From contig ML002322.1 in the NCBI GenBank assembly GCA_003614675.1, positions 1 through 42,002 of the forward strand: DNA of 42,002 bases, written 5' to 3'. Positions 13,343 to 25,169 of the stretch are shown in pieces. Positions within the stretch are counted from its first letter, which is position 1. Every line of letters starts with the position of its first letter. The notes below the pieces were generated by a model, which did no database searches, was not told the DNA's origin, and worked only from the letters and a program-made list of their open reading frames with translations. The position numbers were made by a program, and so were the translations under genes. This DNA comes from Dimargaris cristalligena. Its lineage: Eukaryota.

Positions 13343-14826
13343 GAATAAAAAAGATAAGTCAAAGTACAAGCGCAACCTAGGAGAATTATCTCAAATAAAA
13401 AACCCAAAGAAGGGGAATGCAGCAGCAGTCCTCCTGGTAGCGCCCCTCCAAAGGTGCTGAGAGAGAAGGCACTATGGTTTACCTGATATATGCGCACACA
13501 TCCATGGTCAATCATAAGTGAACCATGGTTGTTGATTTTTATTATGGGGCAGGGCGAGTCTCGTCTCTAAACACTTTACGAGGAAGAGACTAGATAATAT
13601 ATACTGTGTCGTTTCTGTATATAAGCCGGCTTCAGTTCTCTACATTGCATCTTGGATGATCGAGCAATCAAAAGGTAAGCCATTTTAGAATAGAGAGGTG
13701 GGAAGGGCTATCCATGCACGCTCCAATGGTTGCTAATGAACGTTTTAAACTTACCCAGGGGTTATGGCCCGATGTCCAGTCGTTTTAAAGCCAAACCACC
13801 TCGCTTAGGCTGTGGAATTCGGCACATTAGTCAGTTGGGGCGACATTCCTTATTAATCAATACTTCGTTATTTCCCCCATTTGGCCAAGTGCCAAATTCG
13901 GGGGGCTTTTGATACTAAAGGAGTTCTGGGGCTGACAGGGGTAGGGAGAAGGCTCGTTAGACGAGGGGACAATACACCCCTACTATCCATCTATTTTTTT
14001 CTCTCTAGAGGAATGTACTACACCTCTTGAACTTGGTGATGCTCTCTCCTATTTGCCTAACACCACCACGGCTCGACTGCGCCACCCGTCATTCCATCGC
14101 ACGATTGTCGCACCAGCCAAAACTCCCGTGGTTAATAGTTCATTGTGAGCGGGCGGGTGCGGGGGACAACCCCCTTCATGGAAGGAGGGTCTTCTTCGGA
14201 CCTTTCCCTCTCTTCCTCCTCTGTTTGGTTGGAAGGTACCCCTCCCCCAAGCTGAACAACACACACAGACAGAGAGAGAACGGGCTGCGGACGCTCACCG
14301 GCTCCGCGACCTAGGGGGATTTTCTCGGCCCGACCTTCGGCAAATGGGAGGAGGATCATCGGTTTGACAGCCCGAGTGAGTCGTGGGGCCATTTGGCCTA
14401 ATGCCGCCTGCATACAGACCATATATGCATGCATAGATACCCACAGACATATTTACTTGCATTTGTCAAATTTATAATGTCCCACCGTTGCGCTAGTAGA
14501 GTATATGCTGGTCATCCATTATTAACAACTTCACTAGCAGTGTGTGTGTGATACCCCCCTCTCTTCCTTTTCTCCTCCCATCACCCTCCTCCTCTTCCTC
14601 CTCCTCCACTCATTGCGTGGACCTACCTAGTGACTCAGTCACCTACTCACTGCATTCTTTCCATATAACTCATGCTGTCCGCCCGCCTTATGCTTTTATA
14701 TTCTCTGCCTCTATATTTCCAGTGACAACAAGGCTCCCTTTATTGCTCTAGTATTCTTCTATTCTCCCCCTCTTATACACACCCTATTTCCCCTTCCCTA
14801 CCTCACGGTGACCAAAGCGGGAGAGC

Positions 14827-15858
14827 ATGGCCTCCTCTAACGACACCCCCTCCACCTTCACCATCCGTGACCTGATTTACTACCATCCCCGGTCAGGCCT
14901 TGATCCCTTGCACAAGCTTGACCTTTACCTACCCCAAGCGACCACCACTCCCCCGCCCCTCGTTGTCTTCGTCCATGGCGGCGTCTGGCGCTCCGGCGAC
15001 AAGTCCCAGCATGCCCAGCTAGGCCAAACCTTGAGCGCCAAGTACGGCCTGGCCGTGGCCTGCATTAACTACCGCCTGAGTACCTTAGAAAAAGCCGTCC
15101 CCGACGCCCCTGCCGGCACTCCCCTCGCTAGCCGGTGTTACCACCCTACCCATGTCCTCGACACCGCCCGCGCCGTCGCTTTCCTTATGACCCACGGGCA
15201 TTTACTGGGCTTCGATCCCAAACGCATCGTACTGAGCGGCCACTCCGCTGGTGCCCACCTGATTTCGCTTTTGGCTCTCCAACCCGACCTATATTTAAAC
15301 CCGGCTCTCGACGAAACCTACCAATTCGATCGTTCCGACACTACTCCTGCTACCAATACTAATACTAATACCGACACCAAAACCAAAAATGAAACCGAAA
15401 CCGAAGCCCCCTCCACCACCTCGCCATCGACGACACCCTACCTAGACTACTACCAGTGTATCCGTGGCGTACTGGGTGCCGCTGGCCTCTACCACCTTCC
15501 GTTATTCATTGAAACTTACCCGCCATATGTCGAATTTATGCGACAGGCCTTTGGGACTGCCGACCCCGCCGTCTTGAGCCAAGCCTCACCCCAGCTGGTC
15601 AAGCCATCCGCTTCTGTATCTTCGGTGGCCACGTCATCCACCACCACCCGGACTCGGCTACCCTGGTGTATTGCCCACAGTGTTGGTGATGCCCTGGTGG
15701 ACCTGCCCCAATCAGCTGGCTTCGCGGATCACCTCGCCCGTTGCGGATATCCTGAATCCCGGAAATTCGACCTCACCGGTGGGCATGATGATATGCTGAC
15801 CACCCCGGATTTCCTTGCTACGGTGGCCGACTTCACCCAGCGAGTAGCGGTTCTCTAG
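14827..15858 (+). CDS. HSL-family alpha/beta hydrolase (kynurenine formamidase / isoprenylcysteine esterase-like)
   Basis: KLDLYLP, VFVHGGVWRSGDKS, INYRL, GHSAGAHL nucleophile elbow, HSVGDALV (Asp), GGHDD (His). Confidence 0.85.
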   Translation: MASSNDTPSTFTIRDLIYYHPRSGLDPLHKLDLYLPQATTTPPPLVVFVHGGVWRSGDKSQHAQLGQTLSAKYGLAVACINYRLSTLEKAVPDAPAGTPLASRCYHPTHVLDTARAVAFLMTHGHLLGFDPKRIVLSGHSAGAHLISLLALQPDLYLNPALDETYQFDRSDTTPATNTNTNTDTKTKNETETEAPSTTSPSTTPYLDYYQCIRGVLGAAGLYHLPLFIETYPPYVEFMRQAFGTADPAVLSQASPQLVKPSASVSSVATSSTTTRTRLPWCIAHSVGDALVDLPQSAGFADHLARCGYPESRKFDLTGGHDDMLTTPDFLATVADFTQRVAVL

Positions 15859-16285
15859 TTGAACTTGACTCCGTTTGCTTAAGGTGGTACGCTTCGCTCT
15901 TTTTCTCTATTATTCTCCCCTCCCTCCTTGATTCAATCGACGTATTATTATATTTTTACCATTTATAACTCCCCTCTTCCTCTCCTTCCATATCATCATT
16001 GACTTACTCTACCCTATTGTCGTATTTTTTTTGTTTATATAATGTTCCAGCTACTCTCTCCTTCGCTATTCCATTACGCTGCATTTTACACCAGCGTGGA
16101 AATAAACGGATAATCTCAGATCCCTCTTTTAAAGAGTTACCACCAGTTTAATGCTAGAGTCAGGTTTTATTTAGAGTCGATTTTAATAGTGGTCTATTTG
16201 GGGGAGGGGGTATCCTGTAATAATTCGTACACCGCGGTTTGTTCGTTAATCTCCGCCCTCAGAGAGGGATGGGGATAGCAAACTA

Positions 16286-18594
16286 TTAATAATACTCGTG
16301 CTGCAGCGCATATTTTTTCTCGGTCGACGTGGACGTTTCACTGAACTGGCTTCCGGCATTTCGATCTAAAGCAATGGGGATGAACACCTTCATCTTTAGG
16401 AGGGTCCGCCCCCCTGGTATCCGCTGGTTCAATTCTGCTTCGTTGGGTATCGATTCAAAAGTCACCTAAAAGCCCGCCTCAAAATACCAATATCCATATA
16501 CAATGAATTGCGTTAGTCCATCTAATTACGCCTGGGTAATTTCTCCCTCCTCTTCCCCAGAAAAATGCTTTTAAACCAGAGAGGTTATATAGACTCCAAG
16601 TCCCCCATATCCCCCTTAACTAAGGCAAACCTTCCTTCCTTCTTTCCTTCCGGGATCCTAGCAAATGTCTACTTACCGTGGAGTTAAGTTTGTTGTACAG
16701 CAGCCACTCATCCTTCACCTCCTTTAACGATTTTGTCGCTTCCACAGCAATTGCCCATCGACCCCCACTACTCTTCTTCACCAGAGTTTCCAAGTCCTGC
16801 ATGGCTAACTGGGCAAACCCCACCGCCACGCCATTGTGGTCACCGTTGTGGGCATCCAGGGCCAAGTAGCGTTTCGCACAGCCCAGCAGGAAAGTCCGGC
16901 CGTCTTTGATATAGCGGCGCAATTCAGTGGTCATAACTTTGACGTCGTCGGAATGTTGGGCCTGGAACAGACCGAAAATAATGTCGTACTCTTCCGCGAC
17001 GCCGATGAGCAGTTTGGCCACGAGGCCGGGCGAGGTTTTTTGGGGCATTGACACCCGAATGGCGATCCGTTGGGCATCGGCCAGAGCGAGTCTTTTTAAA
17101 AAAGTACCCCCCCCCCAACCCACGTATGAAACACATATAATAAAATAGAAAATAACATTAACCAAAGTGGATATGATGAGATGGTAAATTAAGGATTGCG
17201 GAGTCTGAGCACCTGCGCAAATATTGATCGCTACGGTTGTCCGTTGGTAGTGTTAGATGAGAGTAGTCATTTCGGGGATACTAATTTGGATTACACTTAC
17301 TTTGACAGAATGCGGAGCATACCAGGCGTCAGGTCTGGGGGGCGGTGCGTAGCATCGTTGTACTTCCATTTGGGCAAAATATTTTCGAGAATGTAGTCGT
17401 GGATGCCTGCTGCTTGGGACAAATACAGCATAGCCTTGTTTTCGAGGAAACATGAAAGAATCGTACCCAAATGTCGAAAGTAATATAGAGGGGTCAGTAA
17501 TGCTTTTTAGGATATCGAGTTGGGAGATGATGAGTACATGGTAAAATTTTGGGGGCTGTTGTCGTTCATGACTAGACACGACTTTTTTTATAAAAAACAT
17601 AATCTTAGTCGGCACACGGACACCCGTTTCCTTAAATACATATATAAATGATCGTATATTTATTTACCTGCTTAAATTTCTTGATATCCCCTTCAGCAAT
17701 GACCCGGTCCCGTTCCGAAATGGTCAGGGCGTCCACCATGCGGAACGCCAGCGTCGACAAGGCCAGCCCGTACGCGAGGAGCGTAAAGGCCGTTTCAAAG
17801 TACACGGAATTGGAGGCAAATTTACCCCGTTTGAGTTTATTCGCCCACTGGCCCAGCCGGGTGGAGTCATCGAGCCCGCTAAGCAAGGGGGATTTCCAAA
17901 TAAACATTTCGGTGCTACCAGTATCGGGTCCGCCGGTAGGCACGGTGGAACTTACGGGGGAGGCCGTATAAGTGGGGGCCGCGCTGGAGGTCGACGATCG
18001 ACCAACCCCGATAGCCTGGAGCATTCTGGTCGACCGACTACTGCTGAAACTACCCCCCCGCACCGTAGGCGGCGGCTGCTGATGTTGCTGTTGCTGCTGC
18101 TGCTGGTGATGGTGGTGGACAAACTGGTCCGGGTCTAAAAAGCCCGGCGTTGGACCACCACCATTGCCCCCCTCAGAGGAGGGGTCTTCTAGTTCCTCAT
18201 CACTGCTCACGGTCATGCCAAAATCCTCGCAGTCTATTACCGAACTGGCCGTGGGGGTCTTTGACCTCCCATTACTGCTGCTACTACTGCTGCCGCCGCC
18301 ACCGTTTCGCCCGGCCTGGTCCAATCGACTCTGTTCGTAGTAGTTGACACACCAGAAGAGGTGGGGTAGGTACGCCTCGATGCTGGCTACCAGTTTGGAC
18401 ACATCAGCCGGGTTCGGAGTGCTTTGGGGACCTTGGCGGTAGACGCGGAGGGCCTCCCGCATGCGTTCTCGGTGGGCCGTGGCTTCGGATAGCGGGTGGA
18501 TAACTCGGGTATCCTCGGGATTGTCGCCCTTGACCCGGAAAATACGGAGAAACGAAGCGGATTTGGTCTTGGGGGTGAGCAGATAGAAATGCAT
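16286..18594 (-). CDS. palC: PalC/Rim23-like BRO1-domain pH-signalling protein, 4 exons (18594-17668, 17434-17301, 17091-16677, 16465-16286), ~551 aa
   Basis: BRO1-like segments (IEAYLPHL, FIWKSPL, FETAFTLLAYGLAL, LSQAAGIHDY, LALADAQRIAI, GVAVGF, NSTVTFESIP, IPGGR) and a C-terminal di-aromatic YALQHEYY* characteristic of PalC. Canonical GT-AG introns keep frame. Confidence 0.85.
18078..18118 (-). repeat. CAY/CAR trinucleotide repeat encoding poly-His/poly-Gln in palC exon 1
   Basis: HHHHQQQQQQQHQQ in the translation. Confidence 0.8.
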
Positions 18595-19629
18595 CGCTAG
18601 GAATGAGGGGATTGGGTGTGTCTATAGATAGATATATAGATATGCGTGTATGTGTATGGCATATAGGGCTAGGGCCACCAACGCAATAGCAAGAACACCA
18701 GAGAAGGAATAGTGAGAAGAGGACTGAAGTTAAGAAGGGCCGTTAGGGTTAGTTTAGTGAGAGAGAAGGAAATAGAGAGTGTGGCTATACCAGTAACTAA
18801 GTAAGAGAAGGAATAGGGCAGGTGGAATGGGAGAGAGAGAGATAAGTTAAAGTATAGGGACGGGCCGGCGGCGACCATACATCGGCAGCTGCTATATCTT
18901 CCCAGACTGACCGGTTTTTATGCACCCAGCGGTATAACAAGCGGGTGGGATCAGGGCCAGGTTCCTTCGAAATATCCCCTTATGGGTCACTGCCAATTCA
19001 GAGACAGCAATCATGCCAAACTCCCTCGCTAACGATCACTTTTGTATCTTGCCGGGGATTTTCTTATTTTCTGGGCCATTGTGGCGAATAGATCACCCGA
19101 CTTTGTGCTTCATCACCAATTTTTATCATACGGAACTCCTTCCGTTTGGATAGTGATTTTCAAATATAATCCCCCCACCTCCCCTTTGGCCTATTCCTGG
19201 GTTATGAAAGAGTGGCTGCTGGTCCAAAGAACGGTCCATTTAACCCCCAAGACCCCCCCACCCTCTTATGGTGGCGTTTCGTTGCCCGGCTCGACTAAGT
19301 GAGTCAGTGAGTGAATGGGTAAATGAATGAATGTTGCGCAGCCCTGGTCTACTCGTATAAAGCATACGCCCCAAATCAGTCTACTGTGGGCACTTCACTC
19401 GAGTTGGTGCGTCCGCATAATGTCGACACTGGTGGACCAATTATGGTTGGGATTCCCCGAATTGGCCTGTTTGGGCATAATCGACCACCAAGGACAAGTT
19501 GCAGTAGTACGCGAATGAAATTCCAGGCTCGCTTCAAAAAAATAAAACGACTCGTACATATAATTTACACTTTATTTTGTCGAATGATGGAGCAACACGT
19601 TATACAATAAAAAAACAGCATCAAGTAAG

Positions 19630-21639
19630 TTATGGTCGGGGGGATGATTCGCTCTTCGCGGTCAAGGTGAGTTCCTCCCGCATAAAGGCGTTGAACTGGT
19701 CAGGCTGTTCCACCATGGAGCTATGTCTAGCACCCGGGAGGTAAGTCACCCGGGATCCGGTGGGCAAGTGCTGGATCAGTTCCTCGGCCCCGCCGTGGTT
19801 GATCCAGTCGTGTTCGCCGTAGACAATGGTCACGGGGGAGGTGACGGCAGCCAGGCGGTGGGGTGTCAGGGGTGCGCGCGCAAAGGCATAGGGGGTCAGA
19901 AGGGCGGTATAGGCGTATTCGCCCGACGCCGGTTGCGCGGCCAAATGGTAAATGTATTCCAAGTACCGCTGTTGGGCCAGGTCGGCGGAGTGGCTGGTCA
20001 GTGTAGTAGTTGTGGTAGTGCCCTCGGCGTAATTACAATGGTCCTCCGGTTCAAGTGAACGGCTACTGCCGGTGTGCTGGGAAGATTGCGGTCGGCTATT
20101 ACTGGAGAATCGTGTGATCAGAGTAGGGCCCAATGGTCCAGTGGCCCGTACAAACCACTGGGGCGAGAGATTCCATCGCCAAATATGGTAAAAAAAGGGA
20201 CCGTGCAACCGGAGACTGCCTAAGAAACTCTCGGGCGCACCGGGTAAGTGAAGACGGGCTTCGGGATCGTTGTCCAGGGGTACCAATCGGAAGCCCGCGG
20301 GTACTTTAAAGTCCGGTGGAAGATCCGCGGCATGGTCTTGGACACCATCGTCGGAAGGGGCGGTGTCCAACATGACTTCGGCAACGGGGACGGCAGTCGA
20401 CTTGGGCCCGCCCACCATAAGTTCCATCGGATCCATCATGTCCGCCACTGGGGTTTCCGGCGAACCATGGGCTTGGTTAGGGGTATCCATCGACTGCCCG
20501 GGGGTGCAATTGGTAGGTCGCCAACACTTCGGGGCAGTTGGTCGTTTAAAGGCCCAGCGCGGTAACGGACAGTTAAAGTTGCCTTGCAGAATCTCCCGGA
20601 CCCATGCGTCGTAGCCCGGCGGGGTGGGCGATACTCCCATGGGACTAAGCAGGACCAGTCGTTCGACCCGGTGGGGGTAGCGGTTGGCGTAGAGGGCGGC
20701 CATGTACGCACCGAAACTGTGGGCCATAAGGTACATCTGGGGGATGCCCATGGTTAGGCGCCACCTTTCTAGCGCATCAATAAAAAAATCCTCCGTTTGG
20801 GCCACCACCTCCCCTTTAGAGGTACTTCCACTCTCGTCACCCAATTCCGAATCGGTCTCCGACTCCGATGAGGAGGAACCGGAAGACGATGCCGAAGGCG
20901 AACCATTCCCAGGGCGGACCCACGGGAGGGTCTCGGAGCGTGAACTTAGTCCCATCCCAATCCAGTCGACACTGTATATAACGCGTTGGGGGGTAGCCTC
21001 CGCCAGCGGAGCGTAATTGCGAAAATAAATGCCCAGCCCACCCCCGAAGCCATGCAACATGACGATGGGCGCGGCGGCAGAGGTCACAGTATGGTGATGG
21101 CTTGCTGGCACGTCATGGGTCGACTTAGCAGCCCTACTAGTGCAAGTCGAGGTGGGGACGGGTCGATGGATTGCCAGGGTCCGGATGGTCTGACCTCCAC
21201 CAATATCAACGGACCCTACATACGCCTTGGGTGCGGACTGGGGCGAATGATAAATGGCGAGGCGGCCGTGGGGGCCTAAAGGCGAAAGCCCCGCCGCCGT
21301 ACCATCGTCCAAACTGCCGGTGGTTTCCTCTCCATGGGAGGTGGGGTCACCACTGTGGTCATGGTGGAGATCAAGCAGCGCATCTAGATGCTCCTGCAGA
21401 CTAACGGTAGGGTCGAATAGGGGAACAGTTGACAAAAGGGAGCGTTCAGCTAATGTGGCCTTGTCGATGGTGGAGGGCCAGTGACTCTGCCAGGTCGGGA
21501 GATAGTTGTACAACGTGCCAATCGAGGCCGTTAAAGACGGGATACGGAATGACCAGCCCGGAGAACCGGACGGGCTTTCGGTAGACGGGTTGGATGAGTT
21601 GGCGGTTGTTAATGGCTGGGTTAGAGCAGTGGCTGCCAT
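19630..21639 (-). CDS. ABHD4/ABHD5 (Cld1/Ict1-like) lipase/acyltransferase, paralog 1, 669 aa
   Basis: MLHGFGGGLGIYFRNY, VDWIGMGLSSR, EDFFIDALERWR, AHSFGAY, YPHRVERLVLLSPMG, SPQWFVR, SGEYA, YGEHDW, ARHSSMVEQP. Confidence 0.9.
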   Translation of the reverse strand: MAATALTQPLTTANSSNPSTESPSGSPGWSFRIPSLTASIGTLYNYLPTWQSHWPSTIDKATLAERSLLSTVPLFDPTVSLQEHLDALLDLHHDHSGDPTSHGEETTGSLDDGTAAGLSPLGPHGRLAIYHSPQSAPKAYVGSVDIGGGQTIRTLAIHRPVPTSTCTSRAAKSTHDVPASHHHTVTSAAAPIVMLHGFGGGLGIYFRNYAPLAEATPQRVIYSVDWIGMGLSSRSETLPWVRPGNGSPSASSSGSSSSESETDSELGDESGSTSKGEVVAQTEDFFIDALERWRLTMGIPQMYLMAHSFGAYMAALYANRYPHRVERLVLLSPMGVSPTPPGYDAWVREILQGNFNCPLPRWAFKRPTAPKCWRPTNCTPGQSMDTPNQAHGSPETPVADMMDPMELMVGGPKSTAVPVAEVMLDTAPSDDGVQDHAADLPPDFKVPAGFRLVPLDNDPEARLHLPGAPESFLGSLRLHGPFFYHIWRWNLSPQWFVRATGPLGPTLITRFSSNSRPQSSQHTGSSRSLEPEDHCNYAEGTTTTTTLTSHSADLAQQRYLEYIYHLAAQPASGEYAYTALLTPYAFARAPLTPHRLAAVTSPVTIVYGEHDWINHGGAEELIQHLPTGSRVTYLPGARHSSMVEQPDQFNAFMREELTLTAKSESSPRP

Positions 21640-24358
21640 TGTGTAATGGACTTAATAAATTGTAATATTTGAAATAAAAGCAGTCCAAGGCAAAGTGAAG
21701 GGAATATTAGGTGTAACCGGTATAAACAGGGGCTGATAAGGAAGAAGTATATTTGACTGGTATTTAGGTAGAGCGAGGACGAATGAGTTTAGTAAGCGGT
21801 ATAAATAGGAGAAAAATACCATGCACGGTCCCTAAGCGGTTCGTGCCGGTCTTTTATAGTGTGCGGGGTCATTGTCCACCCCTTTACCAAAATATAAATG
21901 ATTTGTCATTTGAGTAACTTACCCTTTTATATTCCGGTGGTATTTGGTGATAATATTGAGTATACGTAATACACTCAAACTTGACAATGCAGGCCCAGTC
22001 GACTCCAATACAATTCCTTTAGGTGGCGCTGTACATTTCCAGCCGAAGAAGTAGCGGAGGCCATCCCTTGCCATCAACTATATCAGCCTAAATTGATCAG
22101 TATCCGCCCAGATTACAACGTATTTGTCCAAAGTAGAAGCCGATGGGAATTCATCACATCCGTCATCTGCGTCACCCAAGAACCCCTCTATTGGCCCCAC
22201 GCTCCGATTGGGGGCAGTGGTCAATTGTACTCTCGTCTTCCCTAGTCGGTATCTATCTGTACCACCGACATCTTCAGTTGCCTTGGTGTCATTATCGAGT
22301 AATATTGGGCCAGCCGTATCGGCAACACCAACCAGCAACCCAATCTATATTTATCACTCAATCGTATAAGAAACCTTTCACATGCCAAGTACAGAAAATC
22401 TCCCCGCGACTTGGGCGTGGTGCACCAAGGATTTTCCGGTGTCAGCCTAAAAGTGCTTCGTGTTTCCTATTTCTCATCAGTCAATGGCGGATTGTATTCT
22501 TGCTAGAGGTCATTTTGGATATATTTTGAACTCAGACTACCCCCCTCCACCCCAATAATGGAAATAACCAGTCTGGGCAACCGAATTCCCAGACCCGCCT
22601 CTTGCCTTTATTGAAAGACTTATTAGCCTGGTTACGACATTTGACCATATTGAAACGGCGGTGAGGGTCTCGTGTGGATCATCCACAAGGTTCCTCCACA
22701 ATAATGGCAGCTGATGGCGGATGACCAGGGTCTGGGCTAGAACGGTCACAACCCGTTAGGCATATCGGTCGAACCTCGGTGGCCGTTATCGTGGCCGATT
22801 TAATCCCCGTACCCTAGGCTGTGGGTTTCTGGTTTCTGGGTTACAGTTAATATAGTATCGCAGCAGATGAGAAGTGTACAGGAAAAGTACTACTGGCCTA
22901 TGCATTAAGTGCAACAGGTCTAGCACCATCGGGCGGTCTCCAGATCCCTTTAATCATTGGTTAGTTTAGCGACCGAGTGGTTGGGCGGGGTAAACGCGAT
23001 GGCCGACCTCGGGCTATTTAAAAATGATTCTGAAACACGCTTCGTTACTCCAAAGTAATATATCACCGGAGGCTTTGGCTGTAGTGTTGCTATCATTGTT
23101 ATTACTATTATTTTGTAAATAGATGAATAATTATATTACGTTATCGGTATCTTTAATTTGGTGGATAGAATGTATCTCCCCCATTAGTCCAATTGTAGTA
23201 ACTCAACAACCGGAGAATGGGCACTTTCCCTCGGAATTGGTCGGTAATAGTGAAAGTATGTATGAAGACATTCGGATACTGGCATTGCTCGTAACGCATT
23301 ATCATTAGACACTTGGACTCTCATCGACCCACATCTATTAGTAAATGTATTTTAATTCTAATGAACCACATCATTGGGTACCTGAAATTCACACTCACCT
23401 AATCAGGTAAATATGGGCATCCTAACATTGTCGGCTATTTACTTTATTATTCAGACTGTATCTCCTCGCCCTGCCGCATGTACCGTTCACAACTACACAG
23501 CAAATTTCCCTATTGGCCGATAGTCTATTGCCACACCCGCTCTTAATCCCTCTATATTGTTCGGGCATATTGTCCTATTGTTTAGGGCGTGCTCCTATAA
23601 AATAATTGATCAATCCACAACTTACCCTGCCTAACTTTACTCTATGTCTGGTAGGCAATGGTTGCGTTTGATTGCCTCAAAGTCTTTTTTTTTCTGCTCG
23701 CGTCCTATGGCAACTGCTATATTTGCGACAATCCCTCATCCGTTCCATCCCCACTTTAGCCGAATCATGTAGGCGTCAAAAGGGACAGTAAACGCGCAAA
23801 TGGGCTAGATGCTGATGTGAGCAGGTATTCCCTGTCCAACTTAAGAGGTATATTTAGCCTGAAATCCTGTGGTGCGAAACGGGAAGAAAAAATCAAGACA
23901 GTGCCAAAACAAAATAGAGTCAAGGAGGACACAGAGGCACCGGTGCAAAGGAATTGGTAGCAGCCACTTGAACCTTGTACTACCCACTCGTCAGTAAGCA
24001 GCGTCCACTGCCACCTATTTAGTGACATATTGTAATTTACAAAGTAGTCAATTGAGTAATTGCAGCAGCCCGTCCTTAACCGCGTGCAATAAGTAGACGG
24101 CTGCTGCAACCGGTAGTACTGGGAAGGGAACGAGCAGTGGCTAGCTGTATTTAAGCAGCTGTGGGCCAGAATCCCGACTCTGATATGTACCGTTGCTATC
24201 GATTCCTTCGAAACGAGTGGATTTACTACCACACCCGATGGCACCACCTCTTAATAGCTTCCGCTAATTAATCATTCACTACCATATTTTATATACTATT
24301 AATAATTGGTACTCAAGTATTTTTGATCATACACCCATTCGCATCTAGTCTTTCCATA

Positions 24359-24691
24359 ATGGTTCGCTTGGTAAATTTAGCCTTATTCATCGGATGTATC
24401 GTCATTACCTTCGGCGACTATGCCGTTCCTTTGCCGACCGGCCGACATGGGGTGGACACCAATCCCCACTTGGATAAGCGATCCATGCTTAACGTACTCT
24501 TGTATCTTAAGAACAATCGCGATACACCCGAAACCACCACTGCGGCCAATCTGGTCGAACGGATTCCAATGGAGAGCCCGGCTCACGGTAGCCCTGCTCA
24601 GATACAAGCCAAACCAGTTTCGGCGTGGCGGGCGATTTTTAGCTGTTACCCTTCCCTGTTCCATCCCAGGCGCAGGGGATGCCGTATTTAG
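24359..24691 (+). CDS. Small secreted pre-pro-peptide, paralog 1 (110 aa; signal peptide, Kex2 KR site)
   Basis: Hydrophobic N-terminus; TNPHLDKR|SMLNVLLYLKN; clear paralog at 28761-29093; TATA-like TTTATATA at ~24288. Confidence 0.8.
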   Translation: MVRLVNLALFIGCIVITFGDYAVPLPTGRHGVDTNPHLDKRSMLNVLLYLKNNRDTPETTTAANLVERIPMESPAHGSPAQIQAKPVSAWRAIFSCYPSLFHPRRRGCRI

Positions 24692-25169
24692 ACCGTATTC
24701 AGGGCTGGAGGAGGTGAAGAAGGGGATAGGGTTTTTGCCCAAACCTTCCACGCTGGAAGATTTATATATATATATAATATATATACTGGAAATTACTTCA
24801 TATACACTGGCTTAGTTCCATACGGGCCCTACCTCATAAATATATTTCGGATTGTGATTTCTTTTAGTAATCATTAATATTTTGCTCGCCATCGCTTTCC
24901 AGGTTCGACAAACTTCCCTACACACGAATTGAATCGTATAACGCTAATTGATACTAGAATACCGAGGGAATATTCCGAACTTAACTTGAGGCGTATCGGC
25001 TATAATCATCAAATAGGTACCGACATTACGAACCTCCACTATTAATAGTAACCCCTCAGGCCTCGGTGGTATATTGGAGTTTAACGGGAATACCATCCAG
25101 GATAAGTTCACTCCTATAGGATATTGTCATTTATTTCCGAAGTTGATAGTCCATTATGCTTGATACATT

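Noticed and set aside
17170-17210. Box C (ATGATGA) and box D (CTGA) in a palC intron
   Set aside because: Antisense to the host gene and too closely spaced for a snoRNA.
24677-24691. C-terminal GCRI* of peptide 1 as a CaaX prenylation (pheromone-like) signal
   Set aside because: Cys is third from the end, not fourth, and it is absent in paralog 2.
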